A stretch of DNA of 64,000 nt from a bacterium (lineage in GTDB: Bacteria; Zhuqueibacterota; Zhuqueibacteria; Residuimicrobiales; Krinioviventaceae): contig CAXXMD010000003.1 of assembly GCA_963675755.2 (NCBI GenBank), positions 2,304,001 to 2,368,000 on the forward strand, in the 5' to 3' direction. Both the position numbers and the translations under genes were made by a program. Shown in pieces: positions 58,052 to 64,000 of this stretch. The notes below the pieces were generated by a model, which saw only the letters and a program-made list of their open reading frames with translations, made no database searches and was not told the origin of the DNA. Position 1 is the first letter of the stretch, and every line of letters starts with the position of its first letter.

Positions 58052-59107
58052 ATGGTCCCACCTGAAAAATTTGAAATCATACAAAGATATTTATCAAACG
58101 AATGTTCCGAGCAGGAACGTAAAATGGTTGAAAACTGGATGCAGAATGATCCGGATATACGCAATGAAATCCAATTGTTGAGAACGGTATGGAATGCGGA
58201 AGAGAAACCTTTGGCAAATGTTGATGTAGATGCAGATTGGCAACAGTTTAGAGCTGGATTAGAGAAAAAAGAAACAAAATCTGTACACAATGTTGTATCC
58301 ATCCACGCAGCGCATACTCGTGTTGCATATAAAGTAATGCGCTATGCAGCGGTATTTATTTTTGCTCTATTCCTGTCATATTTTCTTACCGAAGGATATT
58401 CATCCTTACCATGGAATTCTGAAACACAAATTGCAGAACAGATTAATATCATCAAGGTAGAAAACGGTCAGCGTAAGACTATAACATTGCCCGATAACTC
58501 AACCGTAACGCTGGATGCCGGAAGTGAATTAAAATATTCATCAAATTTTTTGAATGATAGATTGGTCGAGTTGTCTGGTGAAGGCTTTTTCAAAGTGACC
58601 CATAATCCTGAAAAACCATTTCGGGTACAGGCAAACCATGGATTGGTCAAGGTTTTGGGAACCGAGTTTAATGTAAGGGCCTGGGACATTGATTCTAAAG
58701 TTTCTGTTGTTGTGCAGAGTGGCAAGGTTTCATTTAAACGAAAAGATGAATCCGATGGGAAAACCGTTTATTTAACCAAAGGAAAATACAGTTCATTGGC
58801 ATTAGAGGGCGAGCCGCAAGATCCTGAAGGAATTGATGTATCGCAATATCTCAAATGGATGCAAAATGATATGAACTTTGAAAATGCCAGTGTTGCTCAG
58901 ATATTTGATCAACTGCATCGTTGGTACGGATTTGAATTCAAGTATGATGATGAAACCATGCTTGAAGAACGACTCAGTGTGCATGTAAAACAATCCAATG
59001 TTGATGATGTATTAAATCTGATTGCAATCCTGACCGATAGTCAGATTGAACGGGTAGATACTAGCGTAAATATACAATCCTACCCAGCTACGGGTATTCG
59101 TAATTAA
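58052..59107 (+). CDS. FecR family anti-sigma factor
   Basis: N-terminal RYL...CS, one TM, LPDNSTVTLDAGS, LSGEGFFKV, VKVLGTEFNV. Start ATG 58052 after GAGG. Confidence 0.9.
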   Translation: MVPPEKFEIIQRYLSNECSEQERKMVENWMQNDPDIRNEIQLLRTVWNAEEKPLANVDVDADWQQFRAGLEKKETKSVHNVVSIHAAHTRVAYKVMRYAAVFIFALFLSYFLTEGYSSLPWNSETQIAEQINIIKVENGQRKTITLPDNSTVTLDAGSELKYSSNFLNDRLVELSGEGFFKVTHNPEKPFRVQANHGLVKVLGTEFNVRAWDIDSKVSVVVQSGKVSFKRKDESDGKTVYLTKGKYSSLALEGEPQDPEGIDVSQYLKWMQNDMNFENASVAQIFDQLHRWYGFEFKYDDETMLEERLSVHVKQSNVDDVLNLIAILTDSQIERVDTSVNIQSYPATGIRN

Positions 59108-59160
59108 GTATTATTTGAAGAGTATTCGTAAAAAGGTGAATTTCCGGAGGTTAATAGAAA

Positions 59161-62100
59161 ATGAAGTTGGTTTTTAAAATTTTAATTCTCTTGCTGTCAA
59201 GTTATGTTTTATTGTTCGCCAATGATGATGTGGCCTTGTACGACATCAGTCAAAAGCTTGGTCCCACTATACCCAGGGCAATGTTGAAAAAAATATCAAT
59301 CAATTTAGATAAAGCTCCAATGGAAGACGCTCTGGCACTGATTTCGGACAAGATAGATCTGCAATTTAATTTCAATCGAAATATTATTCCTGTGAAAAAA
59401 AGAGTATCTGTTAAAATGGACCAGGTTTTTGCTGCAGAGGCGTTGCTGGCTGTTTTGGAAGAAACCGGAACCAGTTTGATGATAACAGATAACGGACATA
59501 TGGTTATTATGCCGCAAGGCAAGAAAAAGTCTCGCGGAGCCATCAAGGGAATTGTTAGAGATGCAGTCACCGGCGAAGTACTACCCGGTGCTAATGTAAT
59601 GATTAAAGGAACCAGCTTTGGTGCGGCTACTAATATTGATGGTGAATTTAAAATCCAGAATTTACCTCCTGGGAATTTTACCGTTTTTGCAAAATTTATC
59701 GGGTATGATGAACAGGAACAGGATGTACAGTTAAGTTTGGGTGAGCAAAGAGAGATCGAGTTTGACCTCAGCTTTATTGTAGTAGAGGGAGCAGAAGTTG
59801 TAGTGACCGCACAGGCGGAAGGACAGATGGCCGCAATCAACCAGCAGCTTGCATCCCGACAAATTGTAAATGTGGTTTCATCTGACCGTATTCAGGAAAT
59901 GCCGGATGCGAACGCAGCAGAATCCGTTGGACGATTACCCGGTGTATCCATAAATCGTGATGGTGGTGAAGCCACCAGTGTAACCATTCGTGGTCTGTCT
60001 GAAGGATTTAATACCGTATCTATCGATGGTGTCAAAGTGCCCAGTGCTTCAGACAGTCGCAGTGTAGGACTTGATTTTATAAGTCCCAATATGCTTGATG
60101 GTATCGTACTAACCAAGGCCTTGACTGCTGATATGGAGGGTGATGCTACCGGTGGTAATGTCAATTTTGTGCTCAAAGATGCACCAAGTGGTTTAAAAGT
60201 ACAGGTTGATTTACAGGGAGGGTATTCCGGTTTACGTGATGAATTCGGTATGCCCAAAGGGAACTTGAGTGTCAGTAATCGTTTTTTTGATGAAAAACTG
60301 GGTATTTACGCACAGGTATCTGCTCGCGAAGATGATAGAAGCACCGATTATTTTGGTTCAAGTTATCAACATTCTTCACAATATATTTTTGATCAACCCG
60401 GTGAGCCTAAATTAACATCAATTAATCTTTACAATGTTAACAGTATCAAAGATCGATATGGTGTTACTCTGGTTATGGATTATCGATTGCCTAATGGCAA
60501 GCTAATTTTTAAAAATTTTGGCAGTCAGTTAAATACTGATGTTATTACACGCCGTATTGTAGCATCTCCAACAGGCGGTTCTGATGCTTTAGATTTTCGT
60601 CATAATTATGTTAAATCAGAAACCCGTAATATATCCAACTCGTTTGGTGGTGAACATCAACTCTTGAATGGTATGTTTGACTGGAAATTGTCAAGCTCTA
60701 ACACAAAATACAGTACACCTACAGATTGGACCGTTCGGTTTGCAAGCGGATATGCTTCATATCTCGGTAGTACCAATGATCTGAACAAACCCCCTGACCA
60801 GATTTATGATCTGTTTACTTGGGACCTGGATAAAGTCAGATGGAATACAACTACCCATGAATGGACCGAAACTGAAGCTAAAGAATATGGTGCAGAATTC
60901 AATTATGAACGTCCCTGGCAATTTACCAGTAATTTAAGTGGAAATGTTAAATTTGGCGGGAAATACAGATATCATGATCGTGCAAAAGATTATGAAATTT
61001 GGACAACTGATACCCGTGCCGGAGGCGGCCATGAAGGACAGCTTAAACGAATACGTGATGAAATATTTTCCGATAAAGAACTGACGCTTGTTGATGGCTT
61101 ATATGTTGCTTATTCAAATTTTATTGATGAATCGTTACAGGTTTCAGATCTTTTAAAGAAATACAATTTTCTTGCCTATTCTGACCATGACGATATGAAA
61201 AGGATTGCAGAATATTATTATGGATCACCCGATTCTCCCACGCCTTCCTATATGAAAGAATCAATAACAGCAGATTATTCGGATTACAGTAGTAATTCCG
61301 CATATTCTGCAGGATATGTTATGACCGAGATTAACTTTGGAAGAAAATGGACTTTAATACCCGGAGTTCGTTATGAAAGCGTTGAACATGATATTGATGC
61401 GAATTATATCGATTACCGGGGTGTATATAATATAAGTAAAGAGAACCAGGGAGTTTTAGAAATCTTGAATGCAACACCATCCAATGATTTCTGGCTGCCA
61501 ATGGTACACTTGCAATACCAGATCACAGATTGGTGCGATATCCGTCTGGCTTCCACAAAGACTTTGCGTCGCCCCAATTATTTGCAATATTCTCCGCAAT
61601 TAAGAATTACTACAGAAAATATTCTTCGTGGAAATCCCAATTTAAAAGTTGAAACCAGTCAGAATTTTGATGTACAGGCATCCTTTTATAATAATCTGTT
61701 AGGATTGTTATCTGTTGGCGGATTTTATAAAGAGATTGATAACTATATTTATTCTGTGACTACAAATATTCGCAAAGGAGATCTCTTTGATGGATTGCCA
61801 GATGAGGATTTTGTAGCATACAGCCCGGATGATTTTGCAGGTTATACCCTGACGCAGCCCATTAATAATGAACCTACGGCCTATGTACGGGGTATTGAAA
61901 TGGAATGGCAGACCCGTTTTTGGTACTTGCCTAAACCTTTCGATGGTCTGGTATTAAATACAAATATTTCATTTATCGATACTGAAACCCGGTACCCTCA
62001 ATTTATTGAAACCGGTGGTACTCCCCCCTGGTACCGTGACAGAGTTGATTCTTTGGTATATAGAAAAAGTCGTATGCAGAACCAACCTGAAATTGTAGGG

Positions 62101-62397
62101 AATGTATCTGTTGGATATGATAAGGGTGGATTTTCAGGAAGGTTGTCATTCTATTATCAGGGCAACACACTGGCCTATGTTGACCGTATTTTTACAATCC
62201 AGGATTATTATAAAGATGAAGTGATCAGGCTTGATTTGAAATTGAAACAAAAACTCTCAAAGAATTTTGATTTGTTCTTTGATTTAAACAACCTGACTAA
62301 TGATCCTGATATTGTTCGATATAATATTGTCGATTATTTGCAAAAAGAAGAACATTATGACTGGCAAGCATCATTAGGTTTACGTTATACATTATAA
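59161..62397 (+). CDS. TonB-dependent transducer with N-terminal STN-like signalling extension
   Basis: KISINLDKAPMEDAL...ALLAVL extension, carboxypeptidase-regulatory-like domain, MPDANAAESVGRLPGVS plug, GNPNLK, C-terminal LGLRYTL. Confidence 0.9.
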   Translation: MKLVFKILILLLSSYVLLFANDDVALYDISQKLGPTIPRAMLKKISINLDKAPMEDALALISDKIDLQFNFNRNIIPVKKRVSVKMDQVFAAEALLAVLEETGTSLMITDNGHMVIMPQGKKKSRGAIKGIVRDAVTGEVLPGANVMIKGTSFGAATNIDGEFKIQNLPPGNFTVFAKFIGYDEQEQDVQLSLGEQREIEFDLSFIVVEGAEVVVTAQAEGQMAAINQQLASRQIVNVVSSDRIQEMPDANAAESVGRLPGVSINRDGGEATSVTIRGLSEGFNTVSIDGVKVPSASDSRSVGLDFISPNMLDGIVLTKALTADMEGDATGGNVNFVLKDAPSGLKVQVDLQGGYSGLRDEFGMPKGNLSVSNRFFDEKLGIYAQVSAREDDRSTDYFGSSYQHSSQYIFDQPGEPKLTSINLYNVNSIKDRYGVTLVMDYRLPNGKLIFKNFGSQLNTDVITRRIVASPTGGSDALDFRHNYVKSETRNISNSFGGEHQLLNGMFDWKLSSSNTKYSTPTDWTVRFASGYASYLGSTNDLNKPPDQIYDLFTWDLDKVRWNTTTHEWTETEAKEYGAEFNYERPWQFTSNLSGNVKFGGKYRYHDRAKDYEIWTTDTRAGGGHEGQLKRIRDEIFSDKELTLVDGLYVAYSNFIDESLQVSDLLKKYNFLAYSDHDDMKRIAEYYYGSPDSPTPSYMKESITADYSDYSSNSAYSAGYVMTEINFGRKWTLIPGVRYESVEHDIDANYIDYRGVYNISKENQGVLEILNATPSNDFWLPMVHLQYQITDWCDIRLASTKTLRRPNYLQYSPQLRITTENILRGNPNLKVETSQNFDVQASFYNNLLGLLSVGGFYKEIDNYIYSVTTNIRKGDLFDGLPDEDFVAYSPDDFAGYTLTQPINNEPTAYVRGIEMEWQTRFWYLPKPFDGLVLNTNISFIDTETRYPQFIETGGTPPWYRDRVDSLVYRKSRMQNQPEIVGNVSVGYDKGGFSGRLSFYYQGNTLAYVDRIFTIQDYYKDEVIRLDLKLKQKLSKNFDLFFDLNNLTNDPDIVRYNIVDYLQKEEHYDWQASLGLRYTL

Positions 62398-62486
62398 AAA
62401 AAGGAGGTGATAGTAGATTTTTATTGCAAGGATACTTGGATTCTAAAGGATTTGTTGCTTTTACAAATGTGTAAGGAGGTTATTAA

Positions 62487-64000
62487 ATGGAGGTTAATTC
62501 AATGTTTTTGAGCACAAAAAGGGTAATGTGTATTTTAATTTTGCTAACGACTATGGTTTTTGCCCAAGTACCTGATACTGTTTATGTAGATCCAGGCATT
62601 GGAACTTTGAATGACGCGGTTGCTATTGAAAGTAATCATGATAAAGTTTTTAAACTGCAAAGTGGTCCCGATGCAATTTACATTTTAACTGAGGATATTG
62701 TGAATCAGGGCTGGTTCCTGCAAGTTGTAGGTGAAGATGATGGACAAATGCCACCACAATTGATCCGTGATTCCGAATCAAATGGTATCTATCCTTTTAC
62801 TGTTGAAGGTGATATCTCTCTTAAAAATTTGTGGATTCACAATACTACTCTGGCAGGAGTACGAGGAAAAAGATCTGTAATCACTGTTAAAGAAGATTCA
62901 ATTGATGTTACTATTGATGGTGTAATTTCCAGCGGTGGCCGTGGTTATTTTTGCCATCTCGAAAATGCTGCCTTTGTAAATTTAAAAGTTTGTAATTGTA
63001 CATTTTACAATTCTTTTTCAGACGGAAGTGCCAATTCCGGTGGTCAGTTTGTAAGAATTCAGGGCGATTATACTGGAACTTATAATATTGTAAATAACAC
63101 TGTTTTTAATACTACCGGTCCCGCCTTTTTGAATCATGATAAAGTATTTGATGTTGTTCAGAATGTAGTGGTTGAACATAATACAATTGTATTGACTACC
63201 CGTCAGGTATTTGAGGTTATGTTGCTCTTGAAAGAGTATACGGTTAAAAATAATTTGTTTGTTGATGGTTATGTTCGTGCGGTTGTCGATTCAGGTCTGT
63301 ATCAGGGTGTAGATTATGCAGGTGATTATATGGGTGGTGGTGATCCCGAACGTAATAATACCGAAGGCTTTTTCCCTGTTGATACTTTGGATGCCGAATG
63401 GGGCATTCCAGAAAACGAAAGATATCTGAGTATACATCACAATGTTCGTTTTGATAGCCCCAAAATTCTCAACTGGCATGCAGAAAACAATGTACATGAT
63501 GTTCCATGGTTAGAAGTGGTTGGGCAGGAAATGTTTGATGCATATCCCAATTTTATTTTTGAAAATAATGTTGAAGGTGTTGATCCACAGTTTACAACAC
63601 CATTGAGCGAAGAACAGTATGATAAAGTGATCGCATGGCAGGATAATTACAGAAAATCCATGGAAATGCCAAGCAGAAGCTGGACACCAGATGGTGATGA
63701 TGATCCCTTTACCAATCCATGGCCATTGCCAATCGACTTTTCTTTCAATTATGAACAAACCTATGCCACCGAAGGCTACCATCTTGCAGGTGATGATGGT
63801 TACCCGGTTGGTGACTTGAACTGGTTCCCTGAATTGAAGGAAAAATGGGAAAATGGAGAAGCCGGTACCTTGACACCGATCAATATTTCAACAGCTGTTG
63901 AAGATGAACAAGTTATGGTTATTGATGATTTTCAATTGAACCAGAATTATCCCAATCCGTTCAACCCTGTTACTTCTATTGATTATTCTTTGAATAATAG
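62487..64000 (+). CDS. Partial secreted protein with beta-helix-like region and FlgD-Ig/T9SS-type C-terminal sorting domain
   Basis: Own translation: MEVNSMFLSTKRVMCILILLTTMVFAQVPDTVYVDPGIGTLNDAV..., NCTFYN, NNTVFN, HNTIV, KNNLF, ...GYPVGDLNWFP...LNQNYPNPFNP. Open to the window end; alternative start at 62502. Confidence 0.8.
   Translation, partial: MEVNSMFLSTKRVMCILILLTTMVFAQVPDTVYVDPGIGTLNDAVAIESNHDKVFKLQSGPDAIYILTEDIVNQGWFLQVVGEDDGQMPPQLIRDSESNGIYPFTVEGDISLKNLWIHNTTLAGVRGKRSVITVKEDSIDVTIDGVISSGGRGYFCHLENAAFVNLKVCNCTFYNSFSDGSANSGGQFVRIQGDYTGTYNIVNNTVFNTTGPAFLNHDKVFDVVQNVVVEHNTIVLTTRQVFEVMLLLKEYTVKNNLFVDGYVRAVVDSGLYQGVDYAGDYMGGGDPERNNTEGFFPVDTLDAEWGIPENERYLSIHHNVRFDSPKILNWHAENNVHDVPWLEVVGQEMFDAYPNFIFENNVEGVDPQFTTPLSEEQYDKVIAWQDNYRKSMEMPSRSWTPDGDDDPFTNPWPLPIDFSFNYEQTYATEGYHLAGDDGYPVGDLNWFPELKEKWENGEAGTLTPINISTAVEDEQVMVIDDFQLNQNYPNPFNPVTSIDYSLNN

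Noticed and set aside
1059-63782. Numerous 60-200 aa ORFs nested in or antisense to long genes
   Set aside because: Shadow ORFs with no motifs or RBS support, fully overlapping confidently assigned CDSs.

Overview
Bacterial chromosome segment of about 40% GC by eye. TonB-dependent receptors, ECF sigma/FecR, and proteins ending in an NYPNPFN FlgD-Ig/T9SS-type C-terminal domain point to an FCB-group diderm such as KSB1 or Calditrichota; this is inference. 1-19 kb holds mostly recognisable genes: SpoIIE-type phosphatase (partial), CPBP protease, rlmB, CHASE2 adenylate cyclase, ddl, fucI, TBDR-MarR, mtaB-miaB-PhoH2 and a second TBDR. 19.3-31.1 kb is a three-gene surface locus encoding an SH3b protein, a cohesin lipoprotein and a 3,380-aa secreted multi-propeller protein with cohesin/dockerin-like domains. 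That protein carries four tandem modules in which a PKD domain and a carboxypeptidase-regulatory-like domain appear interleaved. 34.8-47.8 kb is an accessory tract punctuated by short 9-bp-period palindromic repeats; it holds three Tat-exported paralogs of unknown function, a divergent glycogen synthase and other orphans. 48.7-64 kb has a GH2, tandem sialidase-like paralogs and an ECF-FecR-TBDR locus followed by a secreted beta-helix-like protein instead of SusD. No rRNA, tRNA, CRISPR array, integrase or transposase was recognised. All domain calls come from motif recognition by eye, not from database searches.
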